Of a stretch of 64,000 bases of DNA, positions 40,641-51,005 are shown piece by piece (position 1 is the first letter of the stretch; every line of letters starts with the position of its first letter). The DNA comes from Promethearchaeota archaeon. Lineage in GTDB: Archaea > Asgardarchaeota > Lokiarchaeia > Sigyniarchaeales > SOKP01. The notes below the pieces were generated by a model. The model was not told where the DNA came from and did not search any database. It saw nothing but the letters and a program-made list of their open reading frames with translations. The stretch covers positions 576,001-640,000 of the forward strand of contig JAHPZA010000006.1 in assembly GCA_019058445.1 (NCBI GenBank). Direction: 5' to 3'. The translations under genes and the position numbers were made by a program.

Positions 40641-41453
40641 TTGGCGAAAAAGAAAAAATCATGGCTACAAATGCCACAAGTACATTCAAAATTTAAAGAT
40701 GAAGCTTTAGAAGACGTTTTAATTAATAAGGCAGTTCAACTTTTATCCCCTGGAGGAAAGGGTGACCCGCCATCATTTATCTTTCTCTGCGGGAATTTCT
40801 TCGATGTAAAAGGCTATGTTTATAGCGCTTTACGGGCATGGAAAGGAGCAGTAAAGCCCACAGATAAAGGTGGAAGACAACCTCTATTAGAAGCTACATT
40901 CGCATCTTTATCAGTATATTTAAGTTCTTTATTATCACTTCAGGCCGATTTTTATTTCGCGTATGATGAGATCAAAGAACTTTTACTTACGAATAAAAGA
41001 GAAGATTTATGGACAATAGTAGAAGAAAAATTACCATTTATTTCATTGCCTCCTAAAGAAATGTATGGTAGCCAAGTCTCACCGATTTCTCCCTATTTTG
41101 TTATTCAGCAAGATGAGGATCTCACTCTCGGGGAGATCTATCCAAGTGTCTACTTGTCAGAGATAATCACCAATATTAAATCAAGATTTTTTGTATTTTT
41201 CCAACATGAAGGGTATTCTGCGTTTGGATTTTTCAATTCTTTACCACCTCGTAAAAATTTTGGATTTGAGAAAAAAGCAAAGGCATTTACCGGTGAGAGC
41301 AGTTCTGAAAATATCGTAAAATTTGTCAAGGGAGCCAAAAATCTCAAGGAAGTGATGATTGGCTTTATTAATAGCCACAACAATGCATTCCTTGAACAAT
41401 ATCTCATTGAAGATTATGAATTATTACTAAATAAGCTACTGGAGGGGACCTAA
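40641..41453 (+). CDS. Hypothetical protein co-transcribed with a small GTPase
   Basis: 270 aa; 1-nt gap to the next gene. Confidence 0.75.
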   Translation: MAKKKKSWLQMPQVHSKFKDEALEDVLINKAVQLLSPGGKGDPPSFIFLCGNFFDVKGYVYSALRAWKGAVKPTDKGGRQPLLEATFASLSVYLSSLLSLQADFYFAYDEIKELLLTNKREDLWTIVEEKLPFISLPPKEMYGSQVSPISPYFVIQQDEDLTLGEIYPSVYLSEIITNIKSRFFVFFQHEGYSAFGFFNSLPPRKNFGFEKKAKAFTGESSSENIVKFVKGAKNLKEVMIGFINSHNNAFLEQYLIEDYELLLNKLLEGT

Positions 41454-41454
41454 A

Positions 41455-42096
41455 GTGGTGAATATTGGCTTACTTGGAGATATTAGTGTTGGAAAAACGA
41501 GTCTTTTAAGATTGTTTGTACGATACTTAAATAAAGGAGATATTGAAAACGTCGAAGGTGGAAAGAAGTGTACCGTAGTCAAAACAGACTTCAGCGGGGA
41601 AGCTACTCTTCCAGGCGGCGAAAAGGAAGATAAACTCAATCAAAAAGAAACAAAAACAATCCATCCAAACAGAGTCGTTTTTAGAGAGGACGACACCAAT
41701 AAAGCACACACCATCTTCGGACCTGGGGGGGATGTTAACCGGGCAGTTGTGAAGATGGGCGTTATAACAATATCCCGCATAGCTACGCAGATTATTGCCG
41801 TGTTTTCATGTGATAGAGAGATAAAAACTCAATTTGAATTTTTTAACGACATTCGATTCTTTCCAGATCAAATCTATGCCTGTATAAACAAAATAGACTT
41901 AATTGAGGGTAATAAAACCCAAGTAAAAAAGACAGTCGAAGATATGAAAAAGGAAATTGAAGCCTTTTTCAAGTCAAAGAAAATCGCAGTCAAAGATTTT
42001 TTTGTTACCTGTGGCGAGACCGTGGAAGGCTTTGAAGATATTGAATCCTATAACGACCAAGTTGCGCAAATGATATTGCAAATAACTTCTGAATAA
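41455..42096 (+). CDS. Divergent small Ras-superfamily GTPase
   Basis: GDISVGKT, NKID, TCG; atypical G3 (FGPGG). Confidence 0.75.
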   Translation: MVNIGLLGDISVGKTSLLRLFVRYLNKGDIENVEGGKKCTVVKTDFSGEATLPGGEKEDKLNQKETKTIHPNRVVFREDDTNKAHTIFGPGGDVNRAVVKMGVITISRIATQIIAVFSCDREIKTQFEFFNDIRFFPDQIYACINKIDLIEGNKTQVKKTVEDMKKEIEAFFKSKKIAVKDFFVTCGETVEGFEDIESYNDQVAQMILQITSE

Positions 42097-42344
42097 TAAG
42101 TTTTTTTCTTCTTTCTTAAACTAAATAAAAATTATCTTTTTCATAAAGGAATAAACTTCAGTTAAGTTATAGATTTATTATAGCTTTCTCTAGCTCTGTT
42201 ATATAATTCTATTGCATTGTTTTCATGCATGCAATAAGGTAATTGCTAAATTTTACCTCTTTCAGAGTTCCAAATTTTTCTTTAAATACAACGAAAGGAA
42301 TTTAGTTTCATAAACAAACAAATAAATATTTAGCAAGATAAAGA

Positions 42345-42710
42345 ATGACAGAATCAGAAGGGATTAATCTGGAAATTAAAGAAATTGAAGAGGGATTCCC
42401 TGTATATTATACTAATGATAAAGGGAACAGTATATTTGGGGATGATCATAGAATAATGATGGTAGATGATATTTACAAGATGAAAGGCATTAATTCAGAC
42501 CTAATTTTCGGACGTTGGCAGGCAAAATTTTATCATTTTTTCGAAAAAAATAATGGAATAGCTTTTACAGTGAATGCGTTTATTGACAACTTTTTTGAAG
42601 AGGAATTACAAGCTGATGAAAAATTCGTCGAAGATGAGTTAAATAAAATGGTAAAGGACAAAAAAATTAAGGGTGTATATTTAAACGGACATTATTATTA
42701 TCATTTCTAA
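42345..42710 (+). CDS. Hypothetical protein
   Basis: 121-aa ORF. Confidence 0.65.
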   Translation: MTESEGINLEIKEIEEGFPVYYTNDKGNSIFGDDHRIMMVDDIYKMKGINSDLIFGRWQAKFYHFFEKNNGIAFTVNAFIDNFFEEELQADEKFVEDELNKMVKDKKIKGVYLNGHYYYHF

Positions 42711-42784
42711 CATGTAAATTAGAACTATTAGCTAAAAATTCAAAGTATTAATTATTTGGACCTTAAAAATTAATACTGTAATTC

Positions 42785-44509
42785 TCACATTTCAAGATTG
42801 TAAAATGCTGACTGGAGTAATCTAGTAATTTCGTGAGTTTCATACTTCACGACTACGTCTATAACTGCAGGTTTGTTCGAGTTTCTAGCTCGCTCCAAAG
42901 CTGGTTTAATATCATTCGGATCGGTAACTTGCTCTCCATAACACCCAAACCCTTCTGCACATGCTCCGTAATTAAATCCGGAGAATTCAACGTCAATATA
43001 GCGTTGTTTCTTAGCAAATTTCTGGAAGGTTTTCATGGATCCCCACGCATTGTTATTCGCAACTACGTATATTAAATTTTTTAAACCTAACCTTACTGCA
43101 GTTTCTAAATCCTGAACGTTAAACATAAAAGCCCCATCGCCCGCGATGGCAAGTACCTGTTTATCTGGTTTAGCTAATTTAGCCCCTAATCCGTATGGTA
43201 TAGTAACTCCTAGATGCCCCATACAAGCTGAGATAAGAGTTGACAAAGGGGGTCTCGGCTTGTGAAGGTTAATTTGTTCTAATGTAAATGCTTCAATCTC
43301 TCCACCATCGGCGATAAGGATGGCGTCTTCGTCCATAAATTCAAAAACTTGACTTACTAGAAACCTTGAACTAATCGGTTCACTCGCTTTCGATGCCTTA
43401 TTTTTGATATTTGCAATACTGTTCTTTTTAGCTTTAATGAGTTTATCGAGCCACGACCTTTTTTCAACTCTTTCAAAATTTTTGGCGTTCTTAACTATTT
43501 TTTCCAAGAATTTTTTGCAATCGCCTACAATTCCCAAAGTTATAGGTTTATTACGGCCGATCATGGAAGGATCAATATCTACTTGAATTAGTTTCTGGGA
43601 GTTTTTCCAAAAAGGCTCCATACCATGGCCCATAACGAAAGTAAACCGACAACCAAGAGCTAACACCACATCTGCTCTTCTTGCTGCTTGTAAGACGACA
43701 TCATTACCCATTGAAGATCCAATTAAGCATTCAGATGCATTTGAAATCGTTCCTATGCCCATAAAAGTTGTTATCACAGGGATTTGTAAATATTCAGCTA
43801 ACTCTCTTAATTCATCCCATGCCTCTGCTCGTGCAACTCCACCACCCGAAATTATTAATGGTTTTTTCGAGTTTAACAATAAATCTAATGATTTTGATAT
43901 TATAGTATCATCGATACTAGGATTAGAAACTGCTCGGTACTCCTTAGGTGGAACAATTGGGAGATCTTTTTCTTCAACTTTAGATAAAAACGCATCTTCA
44001 TAGATCTCTAATAAAGCCGGTCCAGGTCGATTTCCTGTGGCTTCTCTAAAAGTTTTTTGAACGGCGTATGGAATTTCTTCAAGTTTTAGCACACTCTTTT
44101 GGTATTTAGTAATTGGCTTAAACATGGTTATTTGGTCGAGGTTTCCCTGCAAAGTAAACGAATCCGCATATGTACTATTTACTTGTGGAACAATAACTAT
44201 GAGTGGAATGTTATCACTCCATGCAGTCCCAACTCCTGGAGCTAAATGCAACGCTCCTGGTCCAACTGTACCCATACAAATTCCTGGTTTGTTGGTTACT
44301 CTAGCATACGCATCTGCTGCGTGAGCAGCAGCTTGTTCATGCCGAAATAATACAGTTTTAATGCCTTGTTCCTGACCCCATCGACAAACAGCATCGTATA
44401 CATTTAATAATTGTCCACCAGGAATACCAAACATATATTCTATTCCTTCTTGAAGGAGACACTTTATTAATACATCTCCACCATTCATCATCTCTTTATT
44501 TTGCTCCAA
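42785..44509 (-). CDS. Thiamine-pyrophosphate-dependent enzyme (acetolactate synthase / 2-hydroxyacyl-CoA lyase-like)
   Basis: FGIPGG, RHEQAA, GPG, GDGAF...NN. Confidence 0.9.
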   Translation of the reverse strand: MEQNKEMMNGGDVLIKCLLQEGIEYMFGIPGGQLLNVYDAVCRWGQEQGIKTVLFRHEQAAAHAADAYARVTNKPGICMGTVGPGALHLAPGVGTAWSDNIPLIVIVPQVNSTYADSFTLQGNLDQITMFKPITKYQKSVLKLEEIPYAVQKTFREATGNRPGPALLEIYEDAFLSKVEEKDLPIVPPKEYRAVSNPSIDDTIISKSLDLLLNSKKPLIISGGGVARAEAWDELRELAEYLQIPVITTFMGIGTISNASECLIGSSMGNDVVLQAARRADVVLALGCRFTFVMGHGMEPFWKNSQKLIQVDIDPSMIGRNKPITLGIVGDCKKFLEKIVKNAKNFERVEKRSWLDKLIKAKKNSIANIKNKASKASEPISSRFLVSQVFEFMDEDAILIADGGEIEAFTLEQINLHKPRPPLSTLISACMGHLGVTIPYGLGAKLAKPDKQVLAIAGDGAFMFNVQDLETAVRLGLKNLIYVVANNNAWGSMKTFQKFAKKQRYIDVEFSGFNYGACAEGFGCYGEQVTDPNDIKPALERARNSNKPAVIDVVVKYETHEITRLLQSAFYNLEM

Positions 44510-44581
44510 AACTTACACCTTTATTATAAAAACTTGGATGTTAAGGTTAGTTTTAGGGGTATTTAATACTTTTGGAAATAT

Positions 44582-45100
44582 TTATTGCTTTATCTTTAAA
44601 GCTAATTTTACAAAGAGTCTTTCTAGATCAAGTTGATACCCAATTAAAGGAGTAAGATTAATGTGATTTAAATTCCTATCAAACTTCAAATAGCCTTTCT
44701 GCTCTAGTTCTCTTAAATCCTCTATAACACCTTTCTTTTTTCGAATAGTTTGAATTTCAGTAATTTTTGAGATTCCATCAGGATTTTTCAGACAGCAAAC
44801 TATAGTGCAAAATAAAGTGGCTGCTAATCTTGGTTTGTTTTCGAATGGGTTTGCTGAAATAAGATCAGAAACTTCCGAATCATAAGAGATAAACCAATGA
44901 GAGTTAATAGGATTGTATCTGATTTGAAGTCCTAACGGTTCAATATATTTGGATAAATTAATTATTAAATAGTGGAAATGTCCGCTTTTATTTTTGGTTT
45001 TAACATTAAGAGTATGAAAAATTTCGCTCTTAGTAGCACCTATTACATACAAATTATTTTTATTGCTCAACATATGCATTAATATTGATATTTCATTCAT
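44582..45100 (-). CDS. KITE-like tandem winged-helix SMC subunit (Nse1/ScpB-like)
   Basis: LIINLSKYIEPLGLQIR and LRELEQKGYL..LTP recall KITE WH-A/WH-B; last gene of the SMC operon. Confidence 0.6.
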   Translation of the reverse strand: MNEISILMHMLSNKNNLYVIGATKSEIFHTLNVKTKNKSGHFHYLIINLSKYIEPLGLQIRYNPINSHWFISYDSEVSDLISANPFENKPRLAATLFCTIVCCLKNPDGISKITEIQTIRKKKGVIEDLRELEQKGYLKFDRNLNHINLTPLIGYQLDLERLFVKLALKIKQ

Positions 45101-45118
45101 TTTTTTATTTCCTCCCTA

Positions 45119-45766
45119 TTATAAATAGATTACATTAGTTTCTTTTAGATATTTTAGTGTACCTAATTGGAGTAAATGCAAAAGATACACAAAATTTTCA
45201 TAAATAACTTCTTGTTCTGTATAATCTTCAAAAATATCTTCAAGTGAGCAAGGCAATTTTGTTCGAATGGAGTTAAAAAATTTCATCATTTTTTCGGTAA
45301 ATTTATGTTTCGGTATTTCTAATAGAAAATTATTTTTAATTTTACCTTTGCGTAGATGCTCAATTGCTATTGGATCCCCTCTGTCAATACTTAATCTATT
45401 TTGACTTAATTCTAAGAAGTCCAGTGAGAGTGCGTCAATTGTGAATAATTCTATCCAACATTCATTTAAAAGGGCATATATTTCTAAATCAGAAGGATTT
45501 GAATTTAGATAATTTAGAAACTGTTTTTCAGATTCTAAAGAGCTGAGCATCGATCTTAATTCATCAAATTTTTGATTGAGTAGAATGCAGGCATTTTTAT
45601 AAGTTTCTGAACTTTTTTCAAGATTTTGGACGGTTAAAGAGTCTTTTAATTCATCAAATAATGGAACTAATTCAAAATCAAGTAATTTAATATCTCCCGA
45701 AAGAATTTTTTTTTGGATATCATCTATTCTTTCATTTAGCTCATGAGTAATATCCTTAACTGTCAT
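45119..45766 (-). CDS. Kleisin (ScpA/Nse4-like)
   Basis: N-terminal GDIKLLDFELVPLFD; C-terminal ENFVYLLHLLQLG winged helix; directly downstream of SMC. Confidence 0.7.
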   Translation of the reverse strand: MTVKDITHELNERIDDIQKKILSGDIKLLDFELVPLFDELKDSLTVQNLEKSSETYKNACILLNQKFDELRSMLSSLESEKQFLNYLNSNPSDLEIYALLNECWIELFTIDALSLDFLELSQNRLSIDRGDPIAIEHLRKGKIKNNFLLEIPKHKFTEKMMKFFNSIRTKLPCSLEDIFEDYTEQEVIYENFVYLLHLLQLGTLKYLKETNVIYL

Positions 45767-45769
45767 ATT

Positions 45770-48700
45770 TCACTCTTTTCGAATTACTTTCGGTTTAAAT
45801 ATAGTAGAAACTTCATCTTTACCTGTCCTTGCAACACCTATTAATTTTTCTGCAAGGAGATATAAGGCATTTGATGATTTCGGTAAGAAGATTATCATCT
45901 GGATATTTGGATTTTCGTTAAGAGTGGACTCTATCATTTGATATGCAACTTCTGAATTTTTATCATCGAGAAACATCGCTGCCTCATCTAACATGCAAAG
46001 TGGGGAGGGTTTTAATTCTTGGAGAGAAAGTATCAAACAAATTGAGATCATAGAAACTTGACCCCCACTTAATGCTGTACAGGATCGTAATTGATTTTTT
46101 GAAAGTGCCGCTTTTATTTCTACTCCTAAATTCTCAAAATCACCTATTAATTCTAGAGAACAATAGGCTTTAATTTCAGAGGATTTGAATTTATGATTTA
46201 TTTTCGTTTTTAAATCGTTCAGAACGTTTTCAAATTTAGTATAATAGGTATCTTCCATTTTATTTTCGGTCTTTATCGCAGCATCAATGTCTTTTTCGAT
46301 ATCTTTTTGATTGCTTGCAATATCCTTTAACCCAGTTACGATTTGGTCACGTTCAACAAGGAGCGAATCATCAATATCTAAAAATTTGATTAAATCTTTG
46401 TCGATTTTTAATATATCCATCTGTACTTCTTCTATAGACCTTAATTTAATCTTTTTTTCTGTAATTAAAGGGCCAATTTGTGAATTGATTCGATCTAAAT
46501 CTTCCTTTTTCGCATCTAACTTTTGTCCTATATAATTTAAACGAATGTTTTCCTGCTCAAGCTGGACATTGATTTGAATGTTGTTAATATCAAACGTTTT
46601 TTTCTTCTCTTGAATATCCAGCTTTTTTTCATTTAAATCTACTATTTTTTTCTCTACTTCAGATATTTTATCTTCTAACTTCCCTAATTTATTGTAGATA
46701 GCGTATGCTTCTTTATGCCGTTTTTTTAGATCCTCATCTTTAGTCTTAAATTCATGATTTAACAGGGAAATAGTATGATTTTGTGCATTTATCTTATTTT
46801 CAACTTCGCTTAAAATTTGTTGATTTTCTGTATGTTTTATATTCCATTTCTTTTTTTCACTATTGTATACTTTAAGCTCCGTAGGGATTTCTTTAATGCG
46901 ATCATTCCACTTAAAAAATTGAGGGCTAGTTTTGGATTGAATATCTTCTATTTTAAGCTCCAATTCTTTTATGTCATTCTGGAATTCAGCATTTTTATTT
47001 TCTAAAACAGTGCGATCTTTAAAAAGTCTATTCTTCTTGGCTGTGAGGCGTTGCTTTTGGCTAAAGATATATGCTAGATCGTGATATGCCTCTTTTTTTC
47101 TTAGAGTTTCTCGTTCCTCTTTATCAAATTTAGATAAATTTACATCACATTCTAAAATCTGTTCCTTTAAAGATTCAATTTCTAATTCTAATTTGTTGGC
47201 TTGTTCTCTCTGTGTACCTGCACTCAATAATCCTTTTAAGGGTCTTATATAGGGAGTTTCATATACATACTTATATGAGGTTATTTGTTTTCCTTTTAAT
47301 GTTACGCATTTACCTTTAAAATTATAATTCTTGTATAGTTCCACTCCACTACGATAATCTTGAACTACCATACAATTCCTAACTTTAGAATAAAGTACTT
47401 TTTTAATGTCCTGATCATTATCAATAACATCAATTAAATCTATTAAATATCCAATTGCGCCCTTGGTTGTAATTGGAGGATATTTGCTAATATTAATCTT
47501 TTTAGGAGTATAAATATTACAAATAGCCCTATTGTTGTCTCTTAATCTCTGCATTAGGGTCATTGTTTCCCAGTCTTCAGCAATAAAACTAAATAATAAT
47601 CGTTCCCCTAACACAGACTCAATAGCATAGCTTAAAGAATCTTCATACTTTAAATATTCGACTATCGGCCCTTTAACTCTTAAATCACGTCGTCTTATTT
47701 CTTCTTTAAGCAGTTCTATATTTGATTTAAAAGGATAAATAATTTTTCTTTTCCTAAGAGATTCTTGGAGATGATTAAATTTTTTTAATTTTTTATATCT
47801 CTCTTGTTCTAATTGTTCCTTTTTAAGCTGAATTGAAAATTGTCTAGAATTGATTTCTCTATGTCGGTTGTCAAGCTTTTTTAAAAGATTTTCTGTTTGG
47901 TCTTCTAAAAACCATTTATTTTGATCAAGTTTATGGTCAATATCATCGAGACCTTGGAATATTTGCTGAGTTTCATTATTAATTTTTTTAATTTCATCCT
48001 TATTTGCTAAAATTTCTTTTAGTTTACTTTCTTTTTCTGAGACTATTTGATTAAATTGTTCCACAAATTCTATATTACGGTTAATTTTTTTCTGTAAATC
48101 ATCTTGTTCCTTAATCAAATCGTCAAGATGTAGTTCAATACTATTGATTTTTTCTTTAATTAATTTAATCTCTTGAGTTAAGCTCTTTTTTTGATTCTTA
48201 TAGTTTTTAAGTTGTTTCTTCTCTTTGCTAATTTTCCCAGTTAAGTTTTTTAAATCTTGGGTAATCATAATTTCGTCTGATTGCCATTTTTTAACTTCCG
48301 CGATTAAATCTTTTCTTTTTTGCTGATGTTGCCCCAACTTGCTGTTAAGATAATTTATAATTTGATCTGTATTAAAAACCTTAGCCTCTAATTTTTGAAC
48401 TTCCCTATCCACCTTTTCCTTTTTGACTTTTATCTCATCAATTTCTACTTTAGCTTTAGAGAAGTCTCTTTGAAGATATTTAATTTCTTCTTTTAATTTA
48501 TGTCTATTAGCCCACAATAGTTCATCTTCATATTTTCTTTTAACCTCTAAGAGTTTATGTTTTTGTTCTAATCGCTCAAGTTTGGGTTGTAAGAGATCTA
48601 AGCTAATATTCAACACATTTTTTTTACTCTTTAAGGCATTTAATTCGTTATTTAAATTCATAACGCTATGCTTCTGTTGTAAGATCTCATCTCTGAGGCT

Positions 48701-49210
48701 TTTTAGTCCAATTCCCTCCTCAAGAAAATTGCATAATTCTGTAGGTTTGAGGTTTTTGATGGCATCAATTTTACCCTGGCTAACAAACGCAAAATGGTTA
48801 TCGGGATTATACTTAAAATCACTAATAAGTTTTTGAACTTCTAATACTTGGGCTTTTCTAAAATCTTTATCATTTTTACTTTTAATTAAGAAATGTGGCG
48901 ACTGACCTCTAATGACAGTTCTTCTAATTTTTATCAATTCATGGTCCTTTTGGATATGAAGCTCAACCATGGCATGGTTTTGTCCAAGCCTTATAAAATC
49001 CGACCACTTTTTATAGCGCTCATCTCTTTCATTACTTCCCAAAGCAAATTTAATTGCCTGAAAAATAGAAGTTTTACCAGACCAATTAGGTCCAATCACA
49101 AGTATGAATTTTTTATCGTCAAAAGTTACCTCATCCCTTTTAAAACTTAGAAAATTCTCTAAGATCACTTTTCTAATAAAAACTTCATTTTTTTGGGATT
49201 GGGCAGCCAT
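45770..49210 (-). CDS. smc: SMC ATPase, Smc5/6-like
   Basis: Walker A GPNWSGKT, Q-loop FVSQGKI, coiled coils with central hinge (VKGPIVEYL..AIESVLG), LSGGQ signature, SPLCMLDE Walker B. Confidence 0.88.
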   Translation of the reverse strand: MAAQSQKNEVFIRKVILENFLSFKRDEVTFDDKKFILVIGPNWSGKTSIFQAIKFALGSNERDERYKKWSDFIRLGQNHAMVELHIQKDHELIKIRRTVIRGQSPHFLIKSKNDKDFRKAQVLEVQKLISDFKYNPDNHFAFVSQGKIDAIKNLKPTELCNFLEEGIGLKSLRDEILQQKHSVMNLNNELNALKSKKNVLNISLDLLQPKLERLEQKHKLLEVKRKYEDELLWANRHKLKEEIKYLQRDFSKAKVEIDEIKVKKEKVDREVQKLEAKVFNTDQIINYLNSKLGQHQQKRKDLIAEVKKWQSDEIMITQDLKNLTGKISKEKKQLKNYKNQKKSLTQEIKLIKEKINSIELHLDDLIKEQDDLQKKINRNIEFVEQFNQIVSEKESKLKEILANKDEIKKINNETQQIFQGLDDIDHKLDQNKWFLEDQTENLLKKLDNRHREINSRQFSIQLKKEQLEQERYKKLKKFNHLQESLRKRKIIYPFKSNIELLKEEIRRRDLRVKGPIVEYLKYEDSLSYAIESVLGERLLFSFIAEDWETMTLMQRLRDNNRAICNIYTPKKINISKYPPITTKGAIGYLIDLIDVIDNDQDIKKVLYSKVRNCMVVQDYRSGVELYKNYNFKGKCVTLKGKQITSYKYVYETPYIRPLKGLLSAGTQREQANKLELEIESLKEQILECDVNLSKFDKEERETLRKKEAYHDLAYIFSQKQRLTAKKNRLFKDRTVLENKNAEFQNDIKELELKIEDIQSKTSPQFFKWNDRIKEIPTELKVYNSEKKKWNIKHTENQQILSEVENKINAQNHTISLLNHEFKTKDEDLKKRHKEAYAIYNKLGKLEDKISEVEKKIVDLNEKKLDIQEKKKTFDINNIQINVQLEQENIRLNYIGQKLDAKKEDLDRINSQIGPLITEKKIKLRSIEEVQMDILKIDKDLIKFLDIDDSLLVERDQIVTGLKDIASNQKDIEKDIDAAIKTENKMEDTYYTKFENVLNDLKTKINHKFKSSEIKAYCSLELIGDFENLGVEIKAALSKNQLRSCTALSGGQVSMISICLILSLQELKPSPLCMLDEAAMFLDDKNSEVAYQMIESTLNENPNIQMIIFLPKSSNALYLLAEKLIGVARTGKDEVSTIFKPKVIRKE

Positions 49211-49230
49211 ATTTATAACCTCACACTATT

Positions 49231-50496
49231 TTATTTGCCAAAAGCTCTCTTTATTAGATCAACACGTTTTTTTGCTTTCTCTAAATTAATCTGTGCCATG
49301 CTAGGGGAATCATTTAATATAAAAGGATATTTTGCTACTAATTTTCTCTCATTATCTTCAAGAACTTCCTTTTTATTCAATTTATCAATAATTATCAATA
49401 ATTCATTATAATTCTTTGATGCCGCATTTTCATAGAGTTGATTTATCATGAATTCTGAAACGGACTCTTCTCTAATTTCGGTTAAATATTCATTTTTTTT
49501 TTCCACTAAATCTTTTCGATTATCTAAAATTTTGATATCTTCTTTCATACTAACCTTTGTATTATGCGTCATCCCTATTGAATTATTACTTTCTGGAGTC
49601 GCAAACGCTGTTGATAATATATATTCACCTGATTCAATTATATTAAGCAAAGTATCAGTAATTTCATTACTGATATCATTAAGATCCGCATTTAAAAAAT
49701 GTTTGAAAATACCCATTTTTAATAGTTGTTTAATATCATTAACTTCCCAATTTTCAGTGTATTTTACAAGTGTGTGAATATCAAACACAATTTTTGAATT
49801 CTTTTCTGCAAAATCTTTTAGGTAGGTTTCTCGCTCCACACTATTTAGAAATGGAATTTTAATAAAGAGATCAAATACATTAAATATTCTTTCTGAAATG
49901 TGCACTAGTTCTTCATAATCGTAATTTAGCCAAACAAGTATAGAATTATTATTGATAAAATTAAATTTTCTATTTTTATTATAAAATAAATCTAAAAAAT
50001 TATCTAAAATACTTATATTTTGCAAACTGTCATTCAATTTAGGTTTCTGATTGATTAAAATTAACTTTTTATTGATAGTTTCATCATTTTTAGAATCCTT
50101 GTGTTTTGCATTTTTAGGTTGCTGTGTAGATCTATCCTCTATCGGTTTATTAAAATAATCTACGATTTCAGCAAAGCAATTTAAAAACTCTTTAGGACTA
50201 TTTAATACCTCAGCATTATCTAATTCAAAATACTCTAAATAATAATTACTTGAAATTAATTTAAAAAAGTCAATAATATCCGTACCGGGATTTAAATTTA
50301 TTAGAAGCCCTCCTTTTGGATCTAGATAATTAAAAAGTTCTAATTCCTGGGAATTGGAAACTACAAGCTTTATAAAATTAATTATTTCATTATACTTATC
50401 CCGATAAAAGAGACTATTCTTATCAATATGAATCTCTGAAGGTGAATACCTTTGAAAAAATCTTAAGAATTCCGTATTGCTTTTTAATTCTGTCAT
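49231..50496 (-). CDS. Degenerate, probably inactive AAA+ (CDC48/Vps4-like) domain protein
   Basis: PKGGLLINLNPGTD (eroded Walker A), FDLFIKIPFLNSVER, lid-like LVKYTENWEVNDIKQL. Confidence 0.55.
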   Translation of the reverse strand: MTELKSNTEFLRFFQRYSPSEIHIDKNSLFYRDKYNEIINFIKLVVSNSQELELFNYLDPKGGLLINLNPGTDIIDFFKLISSNYYLEYFELDNAEVLNSPKEFLNCFAEIVDYFNKPIEDRSTQQPKNAKHKDSKNDETINKKLILINQKPKLNDSLQNISILDNFLDLFYNKNRKFNFINNNSILVWLNYDYEELVHISERIFNVFDLFIKIPFLNSVERETYLKDFAEKNSKIVFDIHTLVKYTENWEVNDIKQLLKMGIFKHFLNADLNDISNEITDTLLNIIESGEYILSTAFATPESNNSIGMTHNTKVSMKEDIKILDNRKDLVEKKNEYLTEIREESVSEFMINQLYENAASKNYNELLIIIDKLNKKEVLEDNERKLVAKYPFILNDSPSMAQINLEKAKKRVDLIKRAFGK

Positions 50497-50766
50497 TTAT
50501 ATATTAACTTCACTTTTTTCTTTCTTTTTTGGATATTAATTTAATGCAAAACCGCATATATAAAATGATTGCTTGCTCAATTATCACTTATATATTTTAC
50601 GGTAAACATTCTTCCGACAATAAATAGCATACTTATATCCTCTATAACAATAGTTTACTTAATGTTATAGTATATCTATAATGTGTAGAGGGTAATGATT
50701 TTATAATACTGAATAAATGAATCATTTCTAGTCCTTAAATAGAATTAAATATTTTATTCAATATTT

Positions 50767-50946
50767 TTAAAAATACTGTAATTGTTCCTTTGTTAATCCG
50801 TAATAAGAATAACTCCCTTTTTTCCAACTCTTTATTAAATTTACTTTCTCTAATTTTCTAAGATGATGAGATATCGTAGATTTTGATTTATAAAGGTATT
50901 CTGAACAAAAACATTTTGTAGGAAAATTTAAATTTTCATGACTCAC
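50767..50946 (-). pseudogene. Truncated, frameshifted ArsR paralog remnant
   Basis: KSKSTISHHLRKLEKVNLIKSWKKGSYSYYGL nearly matches the ArsR at 51780-52184; N-terminal half missing and a 1-bp deletion near the 3' end. Confidence 0.75.
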
Positions 50947-51005
50947 TCCCTTATATCCAATTGGTTTCCCTCAACAATTACATGTTTTAATTTCTTTATT
51001 ATAAT

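Noticed and set aside
44582-50496. Wadjet (JetABCD) defence system call
   Set aside because: No Toprim/JetD nuclease recognisable; head motifs are Smc5/6-like and gene order differs
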